A stretch of DNA of 64,000 bases from positions 6,821-70,820 of the forward strand of contig JBFYNQ010000076.1 of NCBI GenBank assembly GCA_041304265.1, read 5' to 3'. A program made the translations under genes and the position numbers. How positions within the stretch are numbered: position 1 is the first letter of the stretch; every line of letters begins with the position of its first letter. This document shows positions 27,323 to 36,345 of this stretch, piece by piece. Origin of the DNA: Candidatus Bathyarchaeota archaeon. GTDB taxonomy: Archaea; Thermoproteota; Bathyarchaeia; TCS64. The notes beneath the pieces were generated by a model. That model ran no database searches and had not been told where the DNA came from. It saw only the letters and a program-made list of their open reading frames with translations.

Positions 27323-28120
27323 ATGGGAGTATGGATAGTTCAAGACACCAAGTTCGTTGCGCTCCTGTTGCTCATAGCCTCCTTCGTTCTATTCTACGCA
27401 TACATGGCCCTAGCTAAGGGCGGGATGAAGATCAAAGCCCGCACCTTCCCAGCCGTAGCCGCTATTCCAGAGGCTATAGGCAGGGCGGCCGAGATGGGTA
27501 GACCCGTCTATTATTCGACGGGGATGGGACAAGGAACGCTAAACAACCAGCTTAACGGACCCCAGACACTGGCCGGAATAAGCATACTCGGCTACACGAC
27601 CCGCCTCTGCGCGAAGAGCGGGGTCAAGCTCACCTACTTCACTCCGATTGCGGACTCGCTTCCCCTAGTTGAGGAGACTATGAGGACTAGCTATATGGCG
27701 GAGGGTAAGCCCGAGGAGTTTGACGCGGCGACGATGATCAACTTCCAGAACGAGCAGAGCCCCTACCTCACCGCCTCCCTCGGCTGGATACAGAGGGAGA
27801 AGCCCGCATCGAGCTTCCTACTCGGAGGCTTCTACTACGAGGCGGTAGTCATCGGCGAGGCAGGCAATACAATCGGCGCGATGCAGATCGGTGGCTCAGC
27901 GAACACACACCAGTTGCCCTTCCTCGTGGCGACCTGCGACTACACCCTCATCATGGAGGAGCTATACGCAGCCTCCGCCGAGATATCGGGTAACCCCGAT
28001 GTCCTCGGCAGTCTGAAGGGGGAGGACCTGCTAAAGTTCTTCGTACTGATACTACTGGGAATCGGATTCGTTCTAGCGCTGGTCAACAACAAGGCGCTGA
28101 TAAACTTACTGAAGGTGTAA
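27323..28120 (+). CDS. uncharacterised bitopic membrane protein (operon gene 1 of 4)
   Basis: 265 aa. N-terminal TM (FVALLLLIASFVLFYAYMAL) and C-terminal TM (LLKFFVLILLGIGFVLALV) flank a ~190-aa soluble domain. No recognisable motif. Confidence 0.7.
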   Translation: MGVWIVQDTKFVALLLLIASFVLFYAYMALAKGGMKIKARTFPAVAAIPEAIGRAAEMGRPVYYSTGMGQGTLNNQLNGPQTLAGISILGYTTRLCAKSGVKLTYFTPIADSLPLVEETMRTSYMAEGKPEEFDAATMINFQNEQSPYLTASLGWIQREKPASSFLLGGFYYEAVVIGEAGNTIGAMQIGGSANTHQLPFLVATCDYTLIMEELYAASAEISGNPDVLGSLKGEDLLKFFVLILLGIGFVLALVNNKALINLLKV

Positions 28121-28126
28121 TGAAAG

Positions 28127-28783
28127 ATGTCACAGGTATACAAGCGTGAACTGGTCTTCATCACAACAGGCATAGTCGCCTTGGTTATGATGCTGGACTA
28201 TTTCTTTGGAAAGAACATTCCCGGCATCAGCGGCGCCGGAAACCTATCTTCGACGCTGCAGACATGGGCGCTGGTCATTCAGCTGATGGCTATCGGACTA
28301 GGCGCCATAAACCTCATCCAGGTTCACTATAGGCAGATTAGTAGGAAGACGCCCATGATGGTGTACAGTGCAGTATTCATGGTGTTCTTCGCCTTCCTGC
28401 TCATCCTCGGCCTATACAAGCTAGCCACCGGAGTCGAGCTTTATCCCTACACATGGATCTTCGCCAATGTCTACACTAGCCTCGGAGCAACGCTCTACGC
28501 CATCACTGGCTTCTACATCTTCTCAGCAGCCTACCGCGCCTTCAGGGCAAGGAACATCGACGCAGCCATCCTCCTCATTGGAGGCATATTCGTACTGCTC
28601 GCAAACGCCCCCATCGGCGAGGTCATCTGGGGAGGATTCCCACTCATCGGCAACTGGTTCAACAACGTCGGTCAGGTCCCCGGAATGAGGACCTTCACTG
28701 TTGTGGGTGCATTGGGACTACTGGCCTACGGATTCAGGGCCCTGATCGGTAAGGAGAGGGGCTTCTACTCGGAGGTTCAGTAA
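28127..28783 (+). CDS. uncharacterised polytopic membrane protein (~6 TM; operon gene 2 of 4)
   Basis: 218 aa. Starts 6 nt after gene 1. Six hydrophobic segments. No transporter signature recognised. Confidence 0.7.
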   Translation: MSQVYKRELVFITTGIVALVMMLDYFFGKNIPGISGAGNLSSTLQTWALVIQLMAIGLGAINLIQVHYRQISRKTPMMVYSAVFMVFFAFLLILGLYKLATGVELYPYTWIFANVYTSLGATLYAITGFYIFSAAYRAFRARNIDAAILLIGGIFVLLANAPIGEVIWGGFPLIGNWFNNVGQVPGMRTFTVVGALGLLAYGFRALIGKERGFYSEVQ

Positions 28784-28784
28784 G

Positions 28785-29645
28785 ATGAGCGGACAATCTA
28801 TCTGGGATAAGCTGCAGAATGTAGATAGGAGAGTATTCTACTGGATACTCTTCATCGCTCTGACGATTCCCTTCCTCACCCCAATTGGGCTCCCCATCGC
28901 GATCACGCCCTCGACGCAAGCCTACTACGACGGCCTCGCGTCGATTCAGCCCGGCGAGTACGTCGTGCTGAGCATCAACTCGGGCGTAAGCGCCTGGGGT
29001 GACTGCCTACCGGCAATGGTCGCCTCTGTGCACCAGGTACACGAACAGGGTGGAAAGCTCATCGTTTGGAGCATTGGCTACAACGACGTTGACATCACTT
29101 GGGCGAAGATCAAGGAGAAGAACCCTGGGACATTTGCCGACTGGGTTGAGGGCGAAGATTATGCGTACTTTGGCTACTGCCCGCCACAGGAGACTAACGT
29201 CGCTCTCTTAAGGGACGACATCAGGGCGGTCTACCCTAAGGACGTCAGGGGAGTCGCCACGGATGACATACCCATGATGCAGGGAGTAAATGGGGCGAAC
29301 AAGATCAAGTTCGTTCTGTCGAGCGACACGGGCGACGCGCAGATGTACTACATCAGGCAGTGGAAGAACGGCCAAGTCAACTATGAGGGGACCGGTATGC
29401 CTCCGCTCGTCGCCGAGATGGGCATCGCCATGAACAAATCGGGCGATATGGCCTACTTCCTCTCCGGTGACGAGTTCGGCCTAGTGGCCGGCTCGAGGGG
29501 CGCGGCCGAGCTCGAAGCCCTAACCGACTTCAAGGGCGACGCCACAATCACGATGGACTCTATCAGTGTCAGCCATGTACTACTCGTACTAGCCATCATA
29601 CTGACTAACATTGGTATGTTCGCTACCAGGGGGAACAAGAAATGA
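28785..29645 (+). CDS. uncharacterised bitopic membrane protein (operon gene 3 of 4)
   Basis: 286 aa. Starts 1 nt after the gene 2 stop. N-terminal TM (VFYWILFIALTIPFLTPIGLPI) and C-terminal TM (VSHVLLVLAIILTNIGMFA) flank a ~220-aa domain. Same architecture as gene 1. Confidence 0.7.
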   Translation: MSGQSIWDKLQNVDRRVFYWILFIALTIPFLTPIGLPIAITPSTQAYYDGLASIQPGEYVVLSINSGVSAWGDCLPAMVASVHQVHEQGGKLIVWSIGYNDVDITWAKIKEKNPGTFADWVEGEDYAYFGYCPPQETNVALLRDDIRAVYPKDVRGVATDDIPMMQGVNGANKIKFVLSSDTGDAQMYYIRQWKNGQVNYEGTGMPPLVAEMGIAMNKSGDMAYFLSGDEFGLVAGSRGAAELEALTDFKGDATITMDSISVSHVLLVLAIILTNIGMFATRGNKK

Positions 29646-30325
29646 TTGAGAACATAGCCGCACCATACCCAACCGACCCTCTCGCCATACTAGGCGTCTG
29701 GGTAGCGCTAGCGCTGATGCTTGCCATTTACAGCTACCCGCTATGGAAGGAGAACCCAGTGTACAGGTTCGCAGAGCACATGTTTGTCGCGACCGCTTTA
29801 GCAATCGGCATCATCGTCAACCTAACGAGCCTGAGAAACACTGCTATCACACCTCTCTTGGGCGGAAACTATCTGATGATAATCCCGATCATATTGGGCG
29901 CTCTCATGTACTTCCTGCTCATCCCGAAGCAGAGGTGGCTCAGCAGGTACCCGATCGCGGTACTGGTAGGCTCCTCGCTGGGCCTTGGCCTAGCGAGCAA
30001 CCCGCTGCCTAGCATAGTCAACCAGATCATAAGCACGGTCACGGCGCCCGCCGCCGGTGCCCCAGTCTGGGGCTGGTTCCCAACATCACCGACGGGCGAC
30101 TGGTTCAGCTTCGTCTTTGTCGCGGTCGGTTGTATAGCGTCGACGATGTACTTCCTGTTGACCTACGAGCACACAGGGCCTGTAAAGCCGGTAACCATCG
30201 CGGGCAGATACTTCATCATGCTCGCCCTGGGCGCCTACTTCGGCAACACAGTGCTCTTCAGATTCAGCATGCTCGCGGAGCGCGGACAATACATCCTGAA
30301 GGTACTCGGGCTCGTACCGTTCTAG
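29642..30325 (+). CDS. uncharacterised polytopic membrane protein (~6 TM; operon gene 4 of 4)
   Basis: 227 aa. ATGA overlap with gene 3. Same architecture class as gene 2. Confidence 0.7.
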   Translation: MIENIAAPYPTDPLAILGVWVALALMLAIYSYPLWKENPVYRFAEHMFVATALAIGIIVNLTSLRNTAITPLLGGNYLMIIPIILGALMYFLLIPKQRWLSRYPIAVLVGSSLGLGLASNPLPSIVNQIISTVTAPAAGAPVWGWFPTSPTGDWFSFVFVAVGCIASTMYFLLTYEHTGPVKPVTIAGRYFIMLALGAYFGNTVLFRFSMLAERGQYILKVLGLVPF

Positions 30326-30424
30326 GAACAGCGCAACTCAATACTGTTTTTTCCATTTTATACAACCTAGCGAAAGCTGGGATCAACCTGAATGTTATTA
30401 ACGACGGGAACCGAATAGTCAACG

Positions 30425-31285
30425 TTGAACCCCTCCGACCTCAAGGAGCTCCTCGGCGAACCCCTAATACCCAAGCGAGTCTCTGTCGAGAACCTCATGC
30501 TCGTTGCCCTTGAACTCAGACCGTGCAGCCAGACAACAATCCCTGCGGAGCTACCCAGCGGCCAAAACATGGGGGAGAGAATTGACGCCCGATTCAAGCC
30601 GAGGCTCGAGCGGCTCCGCCTCATGCACGACCAGAAGGACAAGCTCAGGGAGATAGCGGAGATCAGGAAAGACATGGCGCAAGCCTTCGACGAGGTCGTT
30701 GAGGGCTCACAGGAGTATAGGGGGCTCTCCTCGTGGGCGAAGTGCCTAGGGCTCAAAGTCGACCAGGTAGAGATACGCCCCACACTCCACGAGTACTACC
30801 TCTACAGGGATAGGGAGACACTAAAGGAGCTGCAGAGGCTCATGCAGGAGAGAGGTAAACTACGCGTCGAGGCCATGAAGAAGCCCGACCCGTCTCGCGG
30901 ACAGCTCCAGTTTGCCTATCCCGAGGAGTTCAATGGAGCATGGATACGCCAGATGGGACGGCTACTCGGCTACCCCGACTGCTGTGTAGAACAATACGCA
31001 TCCGACAGGGAGCAGGGAGTCAACGCCGAGGCACGCGCCGCGTCGCAGCTCAAGGAGCTAGGCTCGGACCCCGACCCACACACCTACCTCGCGAGCTACT
31101 TCTTCCCTTGCAACCCAACGTGCCAGAAAGCGAGGGAGAAGGGAAAGTTATACCACGGAAAACTCTCGGAAGCACTACCAGAAGCCGGGGAGGCATACGA
31201 GTCGATAATAAGGGAGAACCTAGAACGCGTCCGCAGGCAGCCCGAGATAATCAGCGAGTACCTGAGTAGACTGAAGGGCTTCTAA
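30425..31285 (+). CDS. DUF483-like archaeal protein (GYPDCC motif)
   Basis: TTG start. C-terminal half contains LLGYPDCCVEQY and FFPCNPTCQKA, as I recall for the archaeal DUF483 family. Same strand, 100 nt downstream of the four-gene operon. Confidence 0.5.
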   Translation: MNPSDLKELLGEPLIPKRVSVENLMLVALELRPCSQTTIPAELPSGQNMGERIDARFKPRLERLRLMHDQKDKLREIAEIRKDMAQAFDEVVEGSQEYRGLSSWAKCLGLKVDQVEIRPTLHEYYLYRDRETLKELQRLMQERGKLRVEAMKKPDPSRGQLQFAYPEEFNGAWIRQMGRLLGYPDCCVEQYASDREQGVNAEARAASQLKELGSDPDPHTYLASYFFPCNPTCQKAREKGKLYHGKLSEALPEAGEAYESIIRENLERVRRQPEIISEYLSRLKGF

Positions 31286-31626
31286 CTTTTCCTGAGTGGA
31301 ATCTCACCCTGCTTGACGGGGATGCGCTCAACCTTGAATGTGACGGGGCGCTCCGAGTCGGGGCAGCTGAAGTACTTTATCTTGTCTATGTAGTCCCAGG
31401 GCTCGGTGACGTTCCTCTCCATCGCTGAAGTGAGGGGTAGTATGGCGCTGAAGGCGGCGAGGCAGACACTGTCCGTCTCCTCGAGCACGAGCCTACCGGG
31501 GTTGCTCGTGATTGTGATCTTGTCGCCTACTTTGTATATCTTGCAGGGACCCTTGACGTGTGGAGGAGCACCATCTAGGCTCCTCGGCGCCTGAACATCA
31601 ACAACGGTGAAGACTACCTTGTACAT
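31282..31626 (-). CDS. TIGR04076-like small protein (second copy in window)
   Basis: GPCKIYKVGDKITI...CLAAFSAILP...FSCPD pattern, similar to 20310..20579. Confidence 0.45.
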   Translation of the reverse strand: MYKVVFTVVDVQAPRSLDGAPPHVKGPCKIYKVGDKITITSNPGRLVLEETDSVCLAAFSAILPLTSAMERNVTEPWDYIDKIKYFSCPDSERPVTFKVERIPVKQGEIPLRKS

Positions 31627-31668
31627 ACTTGCTTCTTAACTATCGAATGTATAAAACGATATGCAAAG

Positions 31669-32133
31669 TTAGGGCTCAGAGTAGACTAGCCTGAAACGCT
31701 CGAGGATGACCTCCATTTCGTCGCTGAATGTGAATCCCAACCTCTCCCCGGAGCGTCGCCAGTACTTCCTATGTTCCCGCATAAATGAGGCGAGGCTCCT
31801 ATCGTCCTCACCCTCGCTGAAGGCGTGATCTGCGTCTACCTCATCGAAGTGGCATCGGCGAACGCTCAGCGTCTGGATCACAGCGCGCGGGCGATCCCTT
31901 CCGTCGATGATGACGTTGTAGTCTCCAACCTTGTTAATAGGCCACCCCTCTAGCTCATTCTCCTTCACGAGGCTTGCAGTGCCCGTCTTCTTCCCCTCGA
32001 GAACGAGTGCGAGAAGCTCGTCCTTTAACCCGGGACTGTCTCCAAATCCCCAGGCATCGACGAAGTCATCACTAATGCCCATTGCCTTCTTGGCGCGTTC
32101 CCAGAAGCTTATGACCTCCTCACTGTGCCTCAT
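31669..32133 (-). CDS. ASCH domain protein
   Basis: Motifs WGFGDSPGLKDELLALVLEGKKTGTAS... and F.DV..D.A..EGE. The ATG at 32133 overlaps the upstream stop (TAATG), so it is coupled to the phosphodiesterase-like gene. Confidence 0.6.
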   Translation of the reverse strand: MRHSEEVISFWERAKKAMGISDDFVDAWGFGDSPGLKDELLALVLEGKKTGTASLVKENELEGWPINKVGDYNVIIDGRDRPRAVIQTLSVRRCHFDEVDADHAFSEGEDDRSLASFMREHRKYWRRSGERLGFTFSDEMEVILERFRLVYSEP

Positions 32134-32933
32134 TAGGCTTGACCTCGGTTGATTCCCCAAAAGTGGCGAACCTCCATGTCATCGGGGATGTCCGTGCCAT
32201 GTGTGCCTTTACCGGTCACCGGGTCTATGTGGGTCCCGTGGTCGGGCGTGAAGGCGACCGCCCGGTTCACGTGAGCATATCTCTTATTGAAGGCCGAGGT
32301 GATCACCTCGAAGCTCTTCAAATGCCTCCTGAACGCCTCAAGTGCCTTAGGGTCTCTCGGCGTCGAACCATGCATCAGATCATCGTACTCCTGATGGTAG
32401 ACGAGAATTAGGTCGTAGTCCTTCACATTCAGGATGTCGAGGACACGCGCCTCGACCTGCGGGTCATACTCCTCGGTATAGTAGTCGATCTTCCGGTTCC
32501 TGAAGACGAGGTCGATGCTACTCCCCTTAACAGCGACTATGGCGATCCTCTTCCCCGATCTAACCAGTGCGTCGAAGAGGGTGTCGACTGCGAGGACGGG
32601 TTTCTCGTACTTTTTAATGCCGTGGACAGTAGGCGGGGCACCTGTGAACATGCTACTGAAGCATACGGGCGTCCAAGTGGGGTCAACCGACCTCATTTTA
32701 ACCTCAAGAGACGCCGCCTTCCTAACGCCCGAGAACTGGCTCCGATAATCCTGGTATAGCCCCTCTCCTATGGCGTCCGGTGCATAAATTAGCGCCTTAC
32801 TGATCATCTCTCCCCTTAGCTTCCTTGCAGCTTCGGCTAATACCAAGTCAATCGGTTTCTCACCCGAATCCCTCGGCGGCTCCAGGCCGAAGAGGGCGCA
32901 AATGGTGGGAGTAACTGAGGCGATGCTAGACAT
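32133..32933 (-). CDS. alkaline-phosphatase-superfamily protein (nucleotide pyrophosphatase/phosphodiesterase-like)
   Basis: Motifs SSMFTGAPPTVHGI, TPDHGTH and GTHGTD. Short (266 aa). Confidence 0.55.
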   Translation of the reverse strand: MSSIASVTPTICALFGLEPPRDSGEKPIDLVLAEAARKLRGEMISKALIYAPDAIGEGLYQDYRSQFSGVRKAASLEVKMRSVDPTWTPVCFSSMFTGAPPTVHGIKKYEKPVLAVDTLFDALVRSGKRIAIVAVKGSSIDLVFRNRKIDYYTEEYDPQVEARVLDILNVKDYDLILVYHQEYDDLMHGSTPRDPKALEAFRRHLKSFEVITSAFNKRYAHVNRAVAFTPDHGTHIDPVTGKGTHGTDIPDDMEVRHFWGINRGQA

Positions 32934-32992
32934 GGGTCATAAAATACCCATGAGGTAAAAACGGTTACTTAAAAAAACGAAAGCCTTAGGGT

Positions 32993-33796
32993 TTACTCTA
33001 TGAGGTAGACGATACTCAGCGTTACCGTGACACTGAGGTTGCCCTGTAAGACAGGGGTCGATGCTTTGCCCTCAGCGGAAATGCCTACGTCGTAGCTCCT
33101 GTATGAGCTGTACGGGACATAGTAGCTCTCGGAGATACTCTGGACGCCCGTGACAGTCACACTAAGGCCGCGGGTGATGACGTCACTCTTCGCCTTAGCA
33201 TCGTTGATGGCGAGGGTATATGCCTGGAGTTTTATCGCCTGGGCTGTCGCATCGGAGATGCCGAAACTGATAGAGTCGACCCTGTTAGCGCCTGCAGCTG
33301 AAGCTGCGTCGATCGCCGGACCAACCTTGGAGAGGTCGCTAACCGTTAGCTCGATGAGGTTCGTAACCTGGTATCCGACGACGGATTGTATCTCCCAGTT
33401 GTAAGTTGGGGAGACGCTGAAGCTTGTGGTCTGCATGTTCTCGTCCTTGAAACCCATCGCCTTGAGGGCTGCAATGACCTGGGTCATAAGGGCGGCGTTC
33501 TCATCGATCGCCACGCCCGCGGACTTGCCCTCGGTGTAGACGCCGAGGATGATCTTCGCCTGGTCACTCTTCACGTTGACGACGCCGGTGCCCGAGATGC
33601 TCATCGTCTTGGGCGTCGCCGACGTGTCAAGGGCGGTCACCGTCGAGTAGGTGTTAGGCGCCGCGGAGACACCGGTTGGAAACCTGAACTCGGTAAACTC
33701 GGCGACAATGCCGGGCTTGTAGGTCATTATCATCCCCGCGAGTAGGATGGAAGCACAAATTGCTACAACTGATACTACCTGCTGTGTTTTCTCCAT
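32993..33796 (-). CDS. SIMPL/DUF541 domain protein with N-terminal anchor
   Basis: N-terminal TM, then a SIMPL-like pattern (ILGVYTEGKSAG...ALKAMGF...NMQTTSFSVSPTY). Confidence 0.6.
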   Translation of the reverse strand: MEKTQQVVSVVAICASILLAGMIMTYKPGIVAEFTEFRFPTGVSAAPNTYSTVTALDTSATPKTMSISGTGVVNVKSDQAKIILGVYTEGKSAGVAIDENAALMTQVIAALKAMGFKDENMQTTSFSVSPTYNWEIQSVVGYQVTNLIELTVSDLSKVGPAIDAASAAGANRVDSISFGISDATAQAIKLQAYTLAINDAKAKSDVITRGLSVTVTGVQSISESYYVPYSSYRSYDVGISAEGKASTPVLQGNLSVTVTLSIVYLIE

Positions 33797-33881
33797 TGAT
33801 ATTACCGAAACAGATGGGGGTGCTTGGGGCTATTAACCCCACACTTTAGAACATCTGTACGAATGAGTAGAACAGCCCTGG

Positions 33882-35405
33882 TTATACCTTGAAGGGTGGG
33901 ATATGCCACTCTCTGCCCCTAGGCGTAGTGACGTACTCGGGCCAGGGCAGATCCACAGGCGGCTCCATATCCGGTGGTAGTAGAGGCTTCTCAATGTACT
34001 TGCTAGTTCGCTCCCTCCACTCATCCTTGCACACCTTGAGACGGTCGGGCTCGGTGATCAGGTCCATCATGGTGCCACTTATCGCCTTGCCCGCGGTGTA
34101 GATGCTCTTATCGATGACGCCCTTCATGCCGCAGAGCGAGTACCGCGTCCACGCAGGTAGCCTTACCCCGGGAACGCTGACGCTGGGCACGTAGACTTGT
34201 ATCCAGACCGTGGGGCAGTGCCACGTGAATTCGACGTAGTCGTCGCTGCCATGATGGGTCTGGTGGTTGGGGATGGGCTTTCTCCACATCACCTCCCACT
34301 CGTCGGGTAGCGTGAGTTTCTCATTGTACGGCTCCTGCGGTGCCTTGTACCCTAGCTTATTCACTATCTCACGCGCTTTCTCCTTGTCCTCCTCCGCGAA
34401 CTTAGGAGCACCCGTGATCTCCAGATTCTCATATGCGAGATCCGCAAGCGCTTTGTTGAAGAGGCCAGTGCGAGTTTTCGCCACCCACTTGATACCGAGC
34501 TTACAGCCAGTCATCTTAGCCACCGCCTCCGCGTTGTTTAGCAACACCTTGTAAATCTGCTCCTGCTGTACGAGACTCGGGCTCCTGAAGGCGTAAGTGA
34601 TCACGCCTATGCGTGGCGGCAGGTTATCCGCCGTCGCCTGACCCGCGACGAGTATAGCCTCATTGATCGTCCACAATCCAGTCCTCGGAAGCATCGACTC
34701 CTTCGTATACTTAGTTGTCGTATACATTAAGCAGACCGCATCGAGCGCCCCGGGGGCGCGCGTCTGCACGGGGAGGTCTGGGGCGTAGCTCATCCACTTC
34801 TCCGGCTTGTCGCAGTCGAAGATGAAGGCGACGCACCAATAACTCCCCCACTGCGTCTCGTACATGACGGATGTCTGGGCACGTGGATGCCACGCGACAC
34901 AGGCATCGAGGCCATCATAGTAGCCCCTCGCCGCCTCATAGGGCTTGGAGATGCATATCTTCTCACCGGGAGCACCGAATATCTTGATCGTACCTTTGAG
35001 CCCGTGCTTCTCCATAGCGTGCTTAACAGCGTGTGCGCCAGCCGCGGCGGCTACACCTAACGCGCTGTGGGGGTCAGTATGCCCTGCCTGCCAGGGGTTC
35101 TCAGCCTCCCTATGAGTCACAGGCTCCTGAGCCGTCTCGGGCACCGCGTCGTACTCTGTATACGTCGAGATAATGGGCTTGCCCTTACCCCACTTCGCCA
35201 TATAGGCGGTAGGCATCCCCGCGATGCCATCTTCCACCTCGAAACCCTCCTCCCTGTGCCAGGCCACGAGGGCATCGTAACTTTTGTACTCACGCAGAGC
35301 CGTCTCAGCGTAGCGCCAGATCAACTGATGCAGATCGCTGATCTTCTCCCGGTTCTCATCGATGTAGTCGAAGGCCGTCTGCTTTTCCTGAGTCAACTTT
35401 GCCAT
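33882..35405 (-). CDS. M20 family amidohydrolase (AbgB-like)
   Basis: N-terminus (from ATG 35405) ...ISDLHQLIWRYAETALREYKSYDALVAWHREEGFEVE... is typical of AbgB-type M20 peptidases. About 507 aa. Confidence 0.65.
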   Translation of the reverse strand: MAKLTQEKQTAFDYIDENREKISDLHQLIWRYAETALREYKSYDALVAWHREEGFEVEDGIAGMPTAYMAKWGKGKPIISTYTEYDAVPETAQEPVTHREAENPWQAGHTDPHSALGVAAAAGAHAVKHAMEKHGLKGTIKIFGAPGEKICISKPYEAARGYYDGLDACVAWHPRAQTSVMYETQWGSYWCVAFIFDCDKPEKWMSYAPDLPVQTRAPGALDAVCLMYTTTKYTKESMLPRTGLWTINEAILVAGQATADNLPPRIGVITYAFRSPSLVQQEQIYKVLLNNAEAVAKMTGCKLGIKWVAKTRTGLFNKALADLAYENLEITGAPKFAEEDKEKAREIVNKLGYKAPQEPYNEKLTLPDEWEVMWRKPIPNHQTHHGSDDYVEFTWHCPTVWIQVYVPSVSVPGVRLPAWTRYSLCGMKGVIDKSIYTAGKAISGTMMDLITEPDRLKVCKDEWRERTSKYIEKPLLPPDMEPPVDLPWPEYVTTPRGREWHIPPFKV

Positions 35406-35503
35406 AATAATTCGAAGATTATACTCCACATGACCTTATAACACCTAGGCGCGGGGAACCCTCTACTCTCTGGGTTTCTGAAATGAAAAGAAAGAGGGAG
35501 AGA

Positions 35504-35905
35504 CTACTTTACCTTCTTAATGGCTTCCTTCGTCTCGGCTGGGAAGTCGCGCATTAGGTTCCGTAGCACAACCTCGGCTACATACTGCTTGAACTGGGCC
35601 TCGTTGAGCTTCGTCGAGTAGATACGGCGATGTCCGCCTTTACCCGTGATCTCAGTGTAGTTGAGAACTCCCTCGTCCACCATTGCGTTGAGGAAGTTGA
35701 TGATAGAGGCCCTGCTTATAGTACGCGTCTTCAAAGTCTTATTGACCTGGCTCCAGACGTCCCGGGAACTAGCACCGTCCCCTTTCTTCTCCCAAATATA
35801 GTGGAGTGCCTCCTCCTGGTAGTCCTTGAGCACCATGGCCAGACCGTGTCCTGCAGTGTCAATCGTTAGTGTCAATGCTTCTTCACTCGTGGACGTTAAA
35901 GCCAC
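35504..35905 (-). CDS. winged-helix transcriptional regulator-like protein
   Basis: ASSRDVWSQVNKTLKTRTISRASIINFLNAMVDEGVLNYTEITGKGGHRRIY matches a wHTH topology. Divergent from the ArsR-hcp unit. Confidence 0.45.
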   Translation of the reverse strand: MALTSTSEEALTLTIDTAGHGLAMVLKDYQEEALHYIWEKKGDGASSRDVWSQVNKTLKTRTISRASIINFLNAMVDEGVLNYTEITGKGGHRRIYSTKLNEAQFKQYVAEVVLRNLMRDFPAETKEAIKKVK

Positions 35906-35968
35906 CTTGTCCTATAATATAAAGGTTAACTTTTTATTAAGCCATTATCACGGGTAGCACTCGGCAGG

Positions 35969-36000
35969 TTTATATAAACATGAATTATCTTTCATATGAA
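35969..36000 (+). promoter_or_regulatory. TATA box plus overlapping inverted repeats (candidate operator) upstream of the arsR-like/hcp unit
   Basis: TTTATATAAA at 35969-35978. Then ATGAA-n6-TTCAT (35980-35995), overlapping the perfect palindrome TTCATATGAA (35991-36000). This sits about where transcription should start, 24 nt before the TTG at 36024. Confidence 0.4.
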
Positions 36001-36023
36001 GAAAACTTCAGACGTGGGCAGGC

Positions 36024-36341
36024 TTGAAAAGAGGACTGAGTGACATTTGTTATGGATTCTTCTCCACCCTGGCCAACCCTACACGTCTCGCTATACTCGA
36101 GAAACTCAGGGGTACGCAAATGAGCGTCACTGATATTGCAGAGGCCCTCGGTCAGGAGCAAAGCATGGTGAGTCACAACCTCCACACATTAGAAAGGTGT
36201 AATTTGGTCAGTTCCGAACGGAGGGGTAAGGAGAAGATGTACTCCGTGAACAGTGAGACCGTCGAGGGTATATTTAGGGTCGTAGAGAACCACTCCGACA
36301 AGCACTGCCCCTTCCACGGCGCCTGTTCAGAGTCAAGGTAA
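36024..36341 (+). CDS. ArsR/SmtB family transcriptional regulator
   Basis: FSTLANPTRLAILEKLRGTQMSVTDIAEALGQEQSMVSHNLHTLERCNLV is a canonical ArsR wHTH. Confidence 0.8.
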   Translation: MKRGLSDICYGFFSTLANPTRLAILEKLRGTQMSVTDIAEALGQEQSMVSHNLHTLERCNLVSSERRGKEKMYSVNSETVEGIFRVVENHSDKHCPFHGACSESR

Positions 36342-36345
36342 AAAG

